NCBI GenBank assembly: GCA_028023455.1
Contig: JAQFVV010000006.1
Location: forward strand, 14,322,001-14,386,000
Direction: 5' to 3'
Source: Epiperipatus broadwayi
Taxonomy: Eukaryota; Animalia; Onychophora
Length of the DNA stretch: 64,000 nucleotides
Position numbers and translations under genes: made by a program. Within the stretch, counting starts at the first letter, position 1, and each line of letters begins with the position of its first letter. Shown in pieces: positions 24,301 to 38,338 of this stretch. Under the pieces are notes generated by a model. That model ran no database searches. It was not told where the DNA came from and saw nothing but the letters and a program-made list of their open reading frames with translations.

Positions 24301-27300
24301 AAGGAACAAGCTCGGAGAAAGGAAAGTATAAATTATAAATGATAAAAAAATGAAATATAACCTCTCTTTAATTTAAAATCTTCGAACTTTATTTTCCTTT
24401 AAATATGAACTATAGACTTTCTTTCCTGATCAAACCTGAACTTTATTTTTATAAACTTTGCAATTTTAAAGTCTTATCTAAAATTTAAACTAATCTTTTT
24501 AAAATATGTATTATATTCTTTTATGTTTATGCTCAGTATAAGGTCTGTTTGTAATAGGGTAGGAGTTTGCGATGGCAAACATAAATTTAAAGATAAAAGC
24601 TAATACGTATCATTATTTGTGCATTATTAGATTTTAAAAATAGGTCAAATATATTATTTGTGTAAAAATAAGTTGAATACAATGTGTGATTTTAAAATAA
24701 GTTAAAGATTTTTTTTTTTAAAGAATTAAATTATTAAATTAACTTAAATTTAAGTTGAGTGTAGATGGCTGCTTAGACTCATTTAAGTATATGCTAGGTT
24801 AAAAGGGGTTTTGATTTCGGACTATTTGTTTCGTAGTTGTGTCAATGCTGGTGGAGGGATATATGGAGGTTGTGCTAACACACAGGGCAACATGCCCAAC
24901 TGAATGTATGACCCCAAAGAGGTAGTCATGGCGTTGAAATGGATGTGGAGTACTTCCCACGACATTGACCCCTTTCGGCTCTATGGATAGGGACTATAAG
25001 TCGGCAAGATAGACCACTCTCCCATCCATACGTAGCGTTTTCTCTTTATTATTTTACATGCATGTTTCCTTCGCCAGACAGACGTACATTCCTGAACTGG
25101 ACGAAGGTCATGTTCTTCAAATAATATCACGCTGTCAGATGCACATTCCTGTCAGCATGGTTCTATGCTAACATGTTCACATTGCATTGGTTGCTCATAT
25201 ATATCGGGAAGCGAGTGTTGGTGTGGCTGTGGACTTTTAGCCTGGAGTCAAATGTTTTGAAAATCTTTTAAGTGCGCCATCTAGGTGGCCTATCTATGCT
25301 CAACATTCTAAGATTAAAATTAAAAGTTAAAAAATAATAATAATAATGAAACATAAAACTTAATTTTTTTATAGTAATTATTTTTCAAGTTTGTGTGTTG
25401 TCACCTATATATATGTGAATAAAATCTTTTGTGTTATTAGTACTGGCAGTGATCTACTTCATTTATTTTTTAATCTTCATTAAAAATATGTTTTAAACCT
25501 CTGTTACTCCATGAGCTAGTGACTAGGGCTGAAGGTCGGAATAATAATAAAATATATATGTAAAAGTTGGATCTTTAACAGCGCATATATGCCTACTATA
25601 TAAATTTTCCAGGTTCCAATAGCCTGGTGGCACCCTGTACGGCAGATACGATGAGATTCCACCTTTACCCCGACCATTATAATATATATAGTATAGGAGC
25701 AAAAATACTAACAAAATATTGATTTTTTTATAAATATTTTATTATACGTCATTTTAAAACTTTTTCTTTTTAAATTGTTTTTCCTATTAAACTGTATATT
25801 TTATAAAATTCTTGATGGAAGATGCAACCGTTAATTATCCAAAAATAATTTCGTTAATTGTCCAAAAATAATTAAAGGGTTGGAAACACTATTGTTTTAG
25901 TCTGGGGAAGGTATTTTTAATTAAAGTTTTTACTTAAAATAAAATGGGGATTAAGATTAAAGATTTTCTTTTGTTATAAATATTTTTGTCAAATCTATTT
26001 CTAATCTGGAAATAGATTTGAATTTATTTTTGGACATTATCTTACAGTTGCATCTTCAAAAACAATCGATAAAGAAAAGGTAAGAATTTTTAAGATCAGA
26101 GATTAGATTTTAAGCTAAAACTAAGTAATTAAAAGCATTCCAGAAATACCTGAGCAGAGTATAAAATGGCCGGATTTTAAATCACCAACATATTAGCTAC
26201 TACTGAGAGAAATGTGTTGTCATCAATACTCCACGCAACTTTGAAATCTAAGATAATGATAAAGTAAGCGCCAATCATCTTTCGGACCCTTTTGGGTCAT
26301 TTTCCCGCTAATGTACCATCTAACTGCTGCCTTGAAATGAAGGAAAGCCTAAAGAAGAACTCTGGAATGCTAAATGGAAGCTTACTGTCACATAAGAACT
26401 GCCATGCACGAGCTGGACTTTTAATATGAACTCTTAAAATGGTGCAAGGTAAATTTTCAAGCAGCCACCTAAAAGTAAATCTAGCCTAACTAATCTCATA
26501 AGATTTCTTTCATAACTAATTTAACTTTATGTAAAATGTAATTTGCTCTTTAAATAATTTCTATAAATCTAATTTTCTCTCATATGCTCTAACTTTTTTT
26601 AATTTTGGTGCGGTCATTTATTTAGTTATTTATTACTTGATTTTATATGTCTATTTTAGTTATTAATATGCCAATCTCAAGAAATCTGATGAATTGAATT
26701 TTGTAAAATCTTTTCTTTCTTATTAAGTAAACCTTCATGAAACAAAGGTTATTGCATTACTAATTATTACGCTCGCCAGATTGTTTTTACGAATCAACAT
26801 TTTGTTTATGTTTTAGTGTAAAAATTTGTTATTTGTTTAACTCTGGATTTTCTACCCGGGGTGAATCCAGAACTTAGGCTGATTAACGCTTTGAAATTTA
26901 AAAATGTTTACTCATTTCTGAAAAGGTGACCCATTAGTTGTTTTCTATAACATGCTGGTTTTCTTTTATTTTTCCATACTCTTAAAATATATGCTTGAAT
27001 ATTCTCGGTTGTTATGAAATACACGAAAGTGGGATTGAATTATTTTAAATATCAGAAAAGGAGGGGAGTCAAATCTAAACGTATATTTTAGTAAATGAAA
27101 TCTAAATCTCTCTATATATATTATAACTGCATAGCGTATTATTTGTCTAAATTATAGTATTCAAACAAGGGTCATTTATTTTAAAGAAGTAAGTCATTTC
27201 ATGTCGTTAGTGACATTCATTCGTACTGCGTTACTGACATTCGGCTCATCTTCGTGATTATATATATGTGCTTCTTAATCTGGGGGTTGCGACAAGTTCG

Positions 27301-28319
27301 AACCCATAATTTCTTCTCAAGCCTTGTCCTGAGGATAGTTGACATACCCAGGACCACTTATTTCGTATAAAAAGGCCTCTGGCGATGATTCCCGTAAGTC
27401 TGACACACGCTATGCCTATCCACTTTCTTCATAAAAAAGGCCTGCACATCGTTGACGTCCACGGCATGCCTTATTCACTCTTCTCTAAACACTGCCCTAA
27501 GAAAGGAGGGCTTAGACTTCGTTTTCGTCCAGAAGCACTACCTTTTCCTCTTAGTTATTTGTCATTATGTCAATACTGCCAAACTTCTTCGTATTATTAT
27601 TTCTTTTGCTTCATGACCCAGTTTTAATGCTCTAATATTAAAATTGCGCTCTGCTCAAAACATATATAAATGCCAATTACTTCTAGTTTTATTAATTAAA
27701 TTTATTTCAGTCTTATACAATCCCGTCGTCGTAATTTAGTGTTTCTGTATTTAAGAGTATCTGCCTTGGGGGAAAATCAAGTATTCTGTCTTTTAAATGG
27801 TTTTTTTAATAAATATTTTGTCATAAATTAAATGTAATTTTCAAATATGTTTTATTTATTTTCACGACCATAATGTCGTGAAAATAGTTTATATTATATC
27901 AGTAATGAATTTCGGAACACTCCCTGAAGTAATATGTTAGTCACCATGTTTCAGAACTGTAAATTAAAGCATTAATGGCAATATTATTTAATTCTTTCTA
28001 ATAGTTGATTGGCATCTTAATATCATACCCACCAAAGATGTGTGTAAATGTATATATAGTATTAATTAATAAAAAGCATATGAGAAATAATAGCGTGAAT
28101 GACAATATAATTATCTATCGTTTGGTAGACCGCTTGCTCATTCACACACATACTAATGTATGCAATTAATTTATAAATGTATGTAAATAATGTCACTATA
28201 TTAAACTATATGTTTTTTTTTTATTATCTAACTTGTTTGAGTAGTTTGAATTCCTTTTTCTTCACTTCCAAACGTACAGCCATGCATATACATATTTTAG
28301 TTAAGTCATAGTTAATAGA

Positions 28320-28540
28320 TGTCTCATTGTCTTCTCTGCTCTGCTAGTGGGCTGGATTTAAAATAAATTCTTGTGTGCTACCATTATGTTATCCATTAGA
28401 TATTTGATCTGGGGCTTGGGGAATGAGTTCAAATTCAGGTTGGTCCCTGGTCTAAATCTCAGGCTTGACTGAGTTTGAAGTACATTTTGTGAGTTTCAGC
28501 TTATGTTAGATGGATAAACATGTTTTGACCGGTACAATAT
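28320..28540 (+). mobile_element. SINE-like repeat, copy 1 (ends gaccggtacaata)
   Basis: High similarity to 47200-47425 over ~220 bp, with a B-box-like gagttcaaattc. Confidence 0.75.
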
Positions 28541-28544
28541 TGGG

Positions 28545-28720
28545 CTAATCAGTGGCATAAGGTATCTTAGCATTATCAAAGGTCTGATCATCGACACAGA
28601 TGTATTCAATAACAAAATGCAGCTAAAATTAAATGTGCCCCATAGTGCGGACGTTATCTCAGATCATGCCTTGATTATGAACAATATTAAAGTATCAATT
28701 AAATATGCCCAATTTAGAGA
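28545..28720 (+). mobile_element. Possible decayed LINE endonuclease C-terminus
   Basis: tcagatcatgccttgatt = SDHALI, preceded by an IDTDVF-like segment. Confidence 0.35.
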
Positions 28721-29899
28721 AAATAAATAAATTCTACAATGAACACAGGAATCCTAAAGCTTTTAAGTAAAAAATATATCTTCCAAAAAAAAAAAAAGTT
28801 AATCACTCATATGTAAAAAAAAAGGAAATATGCTGTAGTTGGAATACTTTGAAAACAAAGGCATATGACTAACGGCATTCTTCATTGGTCTACTGAAATT
28901 CTGGGAAAAAGTTTAATTTAGAGAAAATGCAACAATATTTATACTGCTCACTGAAGTAAAAGCAATATAGATTAATAAAATCCAAAATCTTCTAAAGATC
29001 ATTTCATAAAAACAGTATTACAATAAGAATAAAATAAATGCACAAATAACTCGTGAAATTACACCTTTGCGATTCAAAAATAGCTTGGCATAGCAGATGT
29101 TAAAGTACAAAAATATAAATCTTATTCAAACTTCAATAAAAATAATTAGCAAAAAAGAAAAGATATATAATAATGCAATTATAAAAAAGATAGTACAGTG
29201 GAACAGCGAACTGAGAGATGATCCAGATGTGGTTTATAAAGATGGGTTTGCATGTGAATATTACATATTCAAATTCACAAATTTTTAATGTTTTTTTTAT
29301 TTACTATTTTTTAATATATACAAATTATTCTCCGCTTATTATTACTAGTTTCATTACAAATCTTGCTTATTCTGTGAACCAAATATTTCTACATTCTATA
29401 ATTCCATCTATGTTTCATTCATATTCTATGTTAATTTTTAATTATTCTTTATACTTTCCCACACGGTTACCATATAAAAAAATAATTACAAATAGAGCTA
29501 ATATTCAACCGCAGAATATGGTCAAAACGTAAGTAAAATTATAGAATGTGCAGAAATCTGGTAAAATGATAACGAATATGTAGGTAATAGTTTTTATATA
29601 TTGGAAATAATGAGATGATTTATTCATTTAATTAATAATATTTTTCAAACTATGAATGCTGAAACTGTGGTTAATGAATCTGTGAATGTATTGGAGAGTA
29701 TTGTGTGTTTGGTGGTGGGGGGAAGTTATCATATAAAACTTTATTTCTATAATATCATTAAAAAAAAAACAACTCTTAACTTTGAATTTTATTCAACAGT
29801 TAGTAGGTTCTTCCTTTAAACATTTAAATTTTGCAACACTTTATATAATGTCAATGTTAATAAGCATTTATTTTTATAGCGCTATGCTTTATAAATTGT

Positions 29900-30065
29900 A
29901 ATACATTAAAGATCAGCCTTTTCAAGCTATTGTGCATGCGCTTAAATACTATATGCTTTATTAAATACTATATCTTGTGTTGGGAGTGAAAGTATTCATT
30001 TATTATTAACACTCGTAAAAAGCACATGCACAATAGCTTGAAAAGGCTGATCTTTAACGTATTGT
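29900..30065. mobile_element. Asymmetric fold-back element of the 52640 family
   Basis: attaaagatcagccttttcaagctattgtgcatg versus catgcacaatagcttgaaaaggctgatctttaa. The right arm matches 52796-52880. Confidence 0.7.
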
Positions 30066-31401
30066 AATGTCAATGTTGTAATTGTTGTATAATCTTCTTC
30101 ATAGGAACGTCTTTGAAGAAGATTGTAGAATAATCGAAATATTGACATTATAATACAATATATAATATAATAAAATACTGCAAAATTAAGTGTTACAAGG
30201 AGACAATTTAGTTATTATTATATAATATCAAAATTAAATTAATTAAAGTTTATTACAAAGTTTACCGACCATCTTGATAAAAACATAAATTAAAATAAAA
30301 CTGGTTTAACAAAAAGGCAATAATATTCATTTGAAATAAAAGCAAAAAGACTTGAAAACAAAAGCCATCATAAAATTCTAAAGATCTTCTTACATATAAA
30401 CCCTCACAAGTGAGTTTATAGACGTTACTTTAATGCGAATATTTTTCGTTATTATGTGTAATAAAATACTAAAAGTCATGTAAATAGAATGAATTTTATA
30501 TGTGTTTTTAAAGTGTTAAAAGTGTAAACATAAAATGTGTTATTATTTTAAAAATAATATTACGATCTTAAATAAAAGAAACATTGCTATAGAAACCAGC
30601 CGCAAATGACAGGGATAAATAAAAATATTACTATAGGAACCAACAGAAGCTTGCTAAAATTGTCTGCTTTCCAAGAAATCGTGGGAAGAATTATAACACA
30701 TTTCATCAAGTCTTTTACTGATAAAAAAGTAAATAAAATTTTATAAAGATTTTTAAGTTAATATCATGCTTTTGCTGAAGTAGAGAACTCCACAGAATGT
30801 CTTACCTAATCATTCCAAGAAAGTAGCTGAATATGGAGACGCAGATAAAAAAAAAAAAAAGCCTTAAAAATTAACCCTGATGCTGCCAATCTATTCATTA
30901 CATTTGAATACTGAAGAAATATTTGACAGTTACTTGATATAGAAGGAAAACTAATCATCTAAAGTGTTTATCTCATAGAAATGCACTTTTATAAATTAAT
31001 CTGTGAATCTGTCTATTTTAAATGCTCAGAAGAAAATTGCAATGGAAATTCTCCTAAGAAAACTGCCTTGGAATGAACCAAAAAAAAAAGCTAAAATATT
31101 ATATTGTCAGCAGACATTAAAATTTAACGATTAATGGCCATGTTCCCACATTTACAGATATAAAACATATATGTGAACTCACAAAGACTTTAAAGCAAAT
31201 TAACTGAACTTTCTGTAGCTATTCTCAAAGAGATTGTAAGTTACAAATTTTTTTCCTCTTGCATGTGATCGCCATATAATTCTCGTAATTGTAAATATGT
31301 AAATACATTTTTTTATTATCATTATTATTATCACATCATTTTATTCTTTAATAAAAATTATTGCTGTTGCTAATAATTTTATTGTTTATTTATTTTGTTA
31401 A

Positions 31402-32991
31402 TGTAATAAAGTATTAGGGGGAGTGGGAAACGATCAGAAAATATAATTGAATGTGTATGGAAACTTGTTTTTATGCATGTCTGATTTGATCGGTGCTTGT
31501 GACTAGTACCGACTTGTCAATTAAAAATAAATCGTATGCAGTCACTCCTCCATGTACACGGTCGTTCGTTAAGTTGTCTTTAAATTCCCCTATACAAAAA
31601 TTTAATTTGCTGAATATTATATTTTTTTTTTTATCACTTTATTTGTTAACTTGATTATTACTAATCGTAAAAGAGTGGTTACCGGTACATTTGGGGGCCT
31701 GATTCCGGGCTTATCTTGATTATAACAAATAAGGATTGAACCCAGTTTAATTTTAAAATATATATTTTCATTATTCTTAAAATTCGGGAAAATACAACTT
31801 GGCCAAATGAGAAATATAGTCATTTATTTTGTAATAAATAAATCAATAAACTCATAAATGTCTTAGACAAAAATTGTGACAGAAATAGATTTGGTAGAGA
31901 TAATAGTCATATGCTAATAAATAAAATAAGGCATTAAAATTAAAGTACCTTGCAGTTCTAGAAAGGTTACTTGATAGAAAGAGGGGTGAGCATTCTAGTT
32001 ATTAACTAAATAAAAGAAATATTAGAGTTTTATATACATTTTTTTTTTAAAAATTGTTATAGAAAGTTAGAAGTTAATTTTTTTAAAATAATTATATAGA
32101 TGATTACCTGAGCTAAAGCAAAAATGGAGGCTCAGGAAAGTAAAAATGATATTCATGATAGTAAGTTTAAAAACATGATCTCATGATTCCAGAAATGAAA
32201 AATCAAATGTAAGATTTTAAAATCCAAAATAAAGAAACTAAAGACAACATGGAAATTATGTTCAAATGAATGGAAAAACAAAACACAGAATTCAATAAAA
32301 AATTTGAAAAACAATGCGAAGATCTTAAAACACAAAATAAGGAAATTAAAGAGAACATGGAAAGCAAGTTTAAACAAAATACAGAAACTAAAGAGAACAT
32401 GGAAAGCATGTTTAAGCAAAATACAGATACTAAAGAGAACATGTAAGCGTGTTCGCAGAAATGAAAAAAAAAAAAAGTCAGACAGAAGAAAACAAAAAGC
32501 AGCAATTAATTGAGCAAATAATAGGTAGGTTGAAAAATCATTTTATAGAGTTAGAAAGCAAAATTGGTGAAGTAAGACTCGAAGTTCAATTAAATAAAGA
32601 TGATCAGAATAAGAAATTTGAGCAACTGCATAGGATAGAGAATAAGCAAAGGTTGACTCAAGCAAAGGTAGAAATCAATTACTTGATTCAAGCAATTGAA
32701 AATATTCAGATAAAGGGTGAGAGTCAAATTAAAATGCAGCTAGAGATATTAGTGAAAATAGAGCTAGATATATCTAAATTAGATGAAGCAGATAAACCTA
32801 GTGATAAATGCCCGACTGCATTAGTTAAAAGTGTTCAGTATATTGATAATCTAAATAACTTTAATGAAGAAGTTTTGGAAGGTAATACTTGCATTATAGT
32901 TGACTGTGCATCCGAGTTTACACACAATAAAAGTAGGAGTAAAGAAATATATGATTGGAAAAACGAATTAAGTTATTTAAAACATGGATAA
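31402..32991 (+). mobile_element. Ty3/gypsy-like LTR retroelement 5' relic (putative LTR end, PBS-like motif, decayed gag-like coiled coil)
   Basis: gtaca-tt-TGGGGGCCTGATTCCGGG at 31685-31709 resembles the tRNA-Pro PBS TGGGGGCTCGTCCGGG. Downstream lies a broken coiled-coil ORF (32125-32991) with 42-bp repeats at 32333, 32375 and 32417. No pol gene and no matching 3' LTR were seen. Confidence 0.45.
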
Positions 32992-34175
32992 TCAAGAAGT
33001 TCACTTTAATAGAGTCAAATATAAAAGTATTATAATAAAAGTACTAGGAAACCACCCAGATTAAAATTTAGATAACTAGAAAAGAGAAATCCAGAGTTTA
33101 GGCAAGCTGCTAACGTTAAAATTTAGTATTCATGGGATTTAAGTCGATGATGTTTGCTTCCATTTTGTTTTTTGAATTTAACGACAGCTGAGGAGGGTTA
33201 CGGAATTAAGTGAAAGTACTTTTGCAGATTGAAAGACTGTATATAATAGTTAATTATCATTATATTTATTATATTGTTATCACAATTAGTTTTTTAATTA
33301 ACGGACATTTTATTTGTATTATATATATATACACACACATTTTAATCTTGAGTTTTTTATCCAGATAAGTGGAGACAATAAAGCAATATTAATATAACCA
33401 TTATTTTGCATTCAACTTATCTCAATACTTGGGCAATTTATCTTAATTTGCAGGGAAGGAAAGTTGTGGTTAGTAAGGTATAACCGAAAGATATTAATTT
33501 TAAGCTAATTTAGTAAATTAAAATTCTACTTACAAAATATAATTATTTGGATATTTTATTTATGATGTTTATTTGTCTTACTTTATCAATGATAGTATGA
33601 ATATCCAAATCTTTTTCCCCAAATTCATAACTTATTGCTCTTAGAAATGCAACTTTTATTTCATTTCATATTTAATCCATTTTGAGTTGTCGTCACCAGT
33701 GACTTATCAGCCATGACTCTGCGCAGCTTTCAACGATGTAAATATAAGATTGGCAATATGGTGATTACTACTAGATGCTGATATGCAAGCTCCCTTTAAT
33801 GAACTTCAATATTTTCAAAGGCACACCCTCGATCACTTTTCATTACATTGACAATTAATCAACATAAAACCTGATATAATTTTAAGATTTTGTCAGAAAT
33901 ATAAAACATTCGAGAATTTAATCAATGACGATAGTTATTCTTTATTTTAAAAATCTGCTCTGAAAACACATTTGGGAAAAAATAAAACAAGGATGTCTTA
34001 TTTTAATTCTGTGAATGGAACAGTCACGAGATTAAGATGTATCCAATACATATTTATTTATAACGACTTACTAAATCAAAATTCTATTTACAAAATGTAA
34101 TTACTTGAAATATTCTATACATTATTAATTTTTACAGGTGTATATATCATTTATTTCGAATAATTATATATATAT

Positions 34176-34363
34176 ATCATTAAAAACCAGTCAACATTTA
34201 AACAAACTAATATCAATAATTTCAAACTGTTGTCAAGGCAACCTCCTTTTAACAATAAAGGTGGGGGTCTAATATACTTATATAGATACTAAAGATTGCC
34301 TTTATAAGTTTGAAATTGTTATTGATATTGGGATCGTCTAACTGTTGACTGGTTTTTAAAGAT
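34176..34363. mobile_element. MITE-like element with long imperfect TIRs, flanked by TA repeats
   Basis: atcattaaaaaccagtcaaca...aatatcaataatttcaaac versus gtttgaaattgttattgatatt...tgttgactggtttttaaagat. Confidence 0.7.
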
Positions 34364-35460
34364 ATATATATGTGTGTGTGTGTGTTAAATTAAATATTTT
34401 CATGGATTTACTATGATACAAAGAAAATTGAGGGATTATATCCATGCCAGACATTCTATATATTAATATCCAATAGAATAATTGATGGAATATATCTTGG
34501 TTTCAAAATAGAAAATAAAAGTTTTAAAGTTACAAAAATGTTACGTTATTTGCTAACTTCTTATGAGATGCCAGCAATCTTTTATGCGGTACTCTATAGT
34601 TTTAAAGCAGGTGCTTGTGTAGATGCTGTCCTTTATATCATTCTATTATTTTCAATTATCAGTACTTCATTGCAGGATGATGTTGCTAAGAAACCATCAA
34701 TTACTAAAGTCCTGAGGCTAACCAAGTTTTCTCTATAACTGGTTTCCTAGCAACATTAATGATAAAGTTATCTCTTATTGTTTACATTAATATAATCCAA
34801 CAAATTCCTTTGTTTATATATATATATAAATATTAATGTCATCTTTATCTTTGCTAAATTAATCTGGATTGTAAATAGCATTCACCATCTTAAAACATCA
34901 GTTTAAATGAGTCTTACTAAGTCGTGCGCAATTGTTAGGTTTTACGAACTTCTTATCAAATTATAGTATTTTCAGAACACATTTTCTTAATAGACGATAG
35001 CTAATTTCATTGATTACATATTAGAATATTTCTTAATTCTGAAGTAATCTTAAAATTAAATCAGTTTTTAAATTTCTAAGTTCTCTTTCAAATTGCAATA
35101 TCTTTGTACTGATGATCAATGCAATAAAAATAGCTGAGTATATTCCTGTGAAAAGCTCGAAAGAAGGTCATAATGCAACCTACTGAAACAGCAGTTAGCG
35201 GTGGACGCTATGTTGCTGATAGCTGATTTACGTTACTAAAGGCTAAACAAAGAAATGGCGAAAATATCATTGATTATAGCTTATCGTCATCAATAAAAAA
35301 AGTTACAGTTCAATAGAAAAAGTTAAGACTTTAGAAGAAGAATTGCTTAAGTTTCTAGCCTAGTACACATACTTTCATCGACACAATAGTATACGCAAAT
35401 TGAGAAGTACAGACAATAAGTAAAAATGCACGATTAAAATTTTATGAAAGAATAACTTAC

Positions 35461-35555
35461 TTTACTTGGCTTATCAGTTGTAGGATCAAATACTTTATCA
35501 CACAGTCTTATGCCAGTTTCTTGTCTAATTTGTTGTAAATAAGCTCGCATTTGAT
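35461..35555 (-). CDS. ARPC3: ARPC3 exon (95 bp)
   Basis: ttttcag acceptor and GTAAGT donor; (D)[31 protein letters not shown]. Confidence 0.95.
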
Positions 35556-35699
35556 CTGAAAACATGGGACAAACAATCAGTATCGGGTTAAGAACATTTG
35601 TGTGTACATTTCTATAAATTTAAATATAACTTTTTAATAGCTTGGAATAGATGAAATAATGTGCAAGTCCTGAAAACTCAATCTATATGCATACTAGTT

Positions 35700-36235
35700 A
35701 CCAATAAACGTAAAATGTAGAATGAATCCATCTATACTTTAGCATTGATCGTATATAAGCATAACATTTACTGACATACATATATGCAGAGCGTGATTCC
35801 TACATACTAACGTAAACTTAACACAACCATAAGCTATTCTGAAATCTCTATAACTAATCAGAGTGTAAGGCTGAGCCTATAAAAATTTATATTTACATTT
35901 ATTAACTACTGTATGGAGAGAGTTTTGCCTTGTTTAATAACAATTATGTGCTAGTATAAGAGATGGTGATCATGTGATGCTTAGTGGTTTAATATTAAGA
36001 GGTTGTTAAATATGAGGTTCAGCTCTCCCTCTGATTAATTACAGTGATTTCCGAATAGTTTATCGTTGTCTTCAAATTAAGTTAGTATGTATGCATTGCG
36101 CTCAGCGTGTAAATATGTCAGTACACAGTTTAATATGATCAAAGCTAACACATAGGTGAGCTCATTTTACATTTACTGACAGTTATTGTTCATGTGGTTC
36201 GCTGGGGCTTTTCAGCACTTTCACATTATTTCTAT
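35700..36235. repeat. Inverted pair of a ~180-bp repeat, with a 3'-end fragment of the hammerhead family between the arms
   Basis: 35705-35885 (+) resembles the reverse complement of 36005-36190. 35905-36000 matches the family tail tgtatggagag...gatcatgtgatg. Confidence 0.55.
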
Positions 36236-36256
36236 AAATTTATAATACCCATTTAC

Positions 36257-36383
36257 CTTCTTCATTTCTGCTGCTAGGTTTAGCATACATGGCATTGAGG
36301 GGGAAGCCAGCTTCTCCAGGGATGTCAAATTTTGAGATAGCTAGAGTATGCATCTCCTTCAAGCCTTGGTTTTTGTTTGTGCA
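36257..36383 (-). CDS. ARPC3: ARPC3 exon (127 bp)
   Basis: ttttcctcccag acceptor and GTAAAT donor; [42 protein letters not shown]. Confidence 0.95.
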
Positions 36384-37269
36384 CTGGGAGGAAAAAAATA
36401 TTTTATAAAAATTTGTGTGCACACATGCACGCAAACCACATATATAATAAAGCAGTCAATTTTATTTACAGTAAGATTTAAAACTTATTTAAGGATTTAG
36501 ACAATAATTTTTTTCCGGTTAATTATGACTAATAGTTTATTAATATTAAAAAATAAGTGAATAGTTTGTTATGCGGAATTCAAATAAAATTTGAACACTT
36601 GAAGTAAGTCAAATTGAGTAATGATCCATGGACCTTGTATTTCAGAGCCTATCATTTTACCACTGGGCTAAATAAATTAATAACTACTTCCTCTACAATA
36701 CACTGATAAAAGACTATATTAATAAGATTACTGATTCCAGTTATTTTTAGCAATGGAGAAAAACAAAAATGAAAAATTATTACATCCTCACAACTTAAGA
36801 TTATATATGCATCAAATAACCCTAATTCTGACTTGTTCCAGTCCGAAATGTTTTTAGGCTTTTGATATGGACATACTTAGAGCATACCTATATGTACCAA
36901 TGATGAAGATAAATAAATGACCTTTACATCTGTAGGAGTATGATAGTTTCCTCCCCATAATTTAAGTTATTGTCTTATATGCTTAATCATTTATATTAAT
37001 ATTACAACAAGTTTATGAGAACTGAAGTAAGGACACTATTCCTTCTTCCGGAATTATTCCCTTTTACATCAAGTCATTATAATATTTTGATAATGTTTGC
37101 CTCTCTCTCATATAATCTTGTTGAAATTTTTAACATCTTATCTCTTCCCCTACACATTCAACTTCAACTCATGCCACAATAATTAATTTATCTGGCATCA
37201 AAAATACATCCTACTACATTCTTCATTTCAATACCCAACAGGCCAATTTTCCACTTTTTCATCATGTGA

Positions 37270-37830
37270 TCTAAACGTTCCATCTATTATATCACACGAT
37301 CTATACTCTCCTACTGTATCACATGGCCCACATTTTCACCTATATCATGGCTATACTCTCATCTATACCATTACCTGTACTCTCCATCTATTATAATACA
37401 TAACCTATAATTTCATCTACGTCACACAACCTATCATCATATCCATTTACTGCATCACATGATCCACACATTTTCCATCTGCACCTTAAAGGACCCCCCC
37501 ATGCTCCATCTACTATATCATATGATTTACTACACCATGACCTATATTTTCCTTCCATTCATCAAATGACCTACACTTTCATCACCTACATTACGTTACC
37601 TATAGTCTCCATCTATATTGTGACCAATACAGTATCTATATCGCATGACCTAACATCATATAATCAATATTCTCCATCTACTACATCATGATATATACTT
37701 TCCATCTACTATATCATATGAACTATAATCTTCTATCTATATCATTACCTGATCTCCACCTACGATATCATATGATCTATATTCCTCAACTACTATAACA
37801 CATGATCTATAATTGTCTATCTACTACATC
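37270..37830 (+). repeat. Degenerate ~30-bp minisatellite
   Basis: Recurring tccatctactatatcacatgatctatactc-like unit, roughly 18 copies. Confidence 0.75.
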
Positions 37831-38269
37831 AGGTACCCAATCATTTATCTTTCTCTATTCATTTTTTATCCATTACATTTTTCTTTCATGTTTTCTTTTA
37901 CTTATCTAATAACAACTTGCCTATAATCTTATAATTACTTATTCTCAGAATTTTCTTTCTACCCTCATTTCACATTTGGCCCATGTATATATAATGTTCC
38001 CGCCAAACAACAGAAAATTTTATCATTTTTAAAATTCATTTTATCCTTCTTTCTTAAATAAAATTTTTTCTAATATTACCGTTATACTGGTTTTCACCAT
38101 ATACCTTAAATTTTGTTTTGAAGTAATATAAAGTGCCTTCTTAGTCATAATCAGATGATTCTGTGCATAGGTCACATGCTCGATAAATCCTGTTAGCACT
38201 GAACTCCTAGTTATTAATAAATATTTCTAATTGTAAATAAATAATGAAAGAAATGCAAAATTTGCTTAC

Positions 38270-38338
38270 CCGTTGCAGCTTTTTCAAGCATTCCGTAATG
38301 TACAATGTAATATAAATGAGGACTCTGTCAGATTCATT
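38270..38338 (-). CDS. ARPC3: ARPC3 exon (69 bp)
   Basis: tttttag acceptor and GTAAGC donor; [23 protein letters not shown]. Confidence 0.95.

Noticed and set aside
33185-33330. gaggaggg-ttacgg as polypurine tract plus 3' LTR of the gypsy-like relic
   Set aside because: No similarity to the putative 5' LTR at 31402-31689
36090-36235. H/ACA snoRNA-like double hairpin on the - strand in ARPC3 intron 5 (ACAATA H-box-like motif, ACA triplet)
   Set aside because: The same sequence occurs as an inverted, diverged copy at 35705-35885, so it is more simply a repeat; the boxes are too short to be significant in AT-rich DNA
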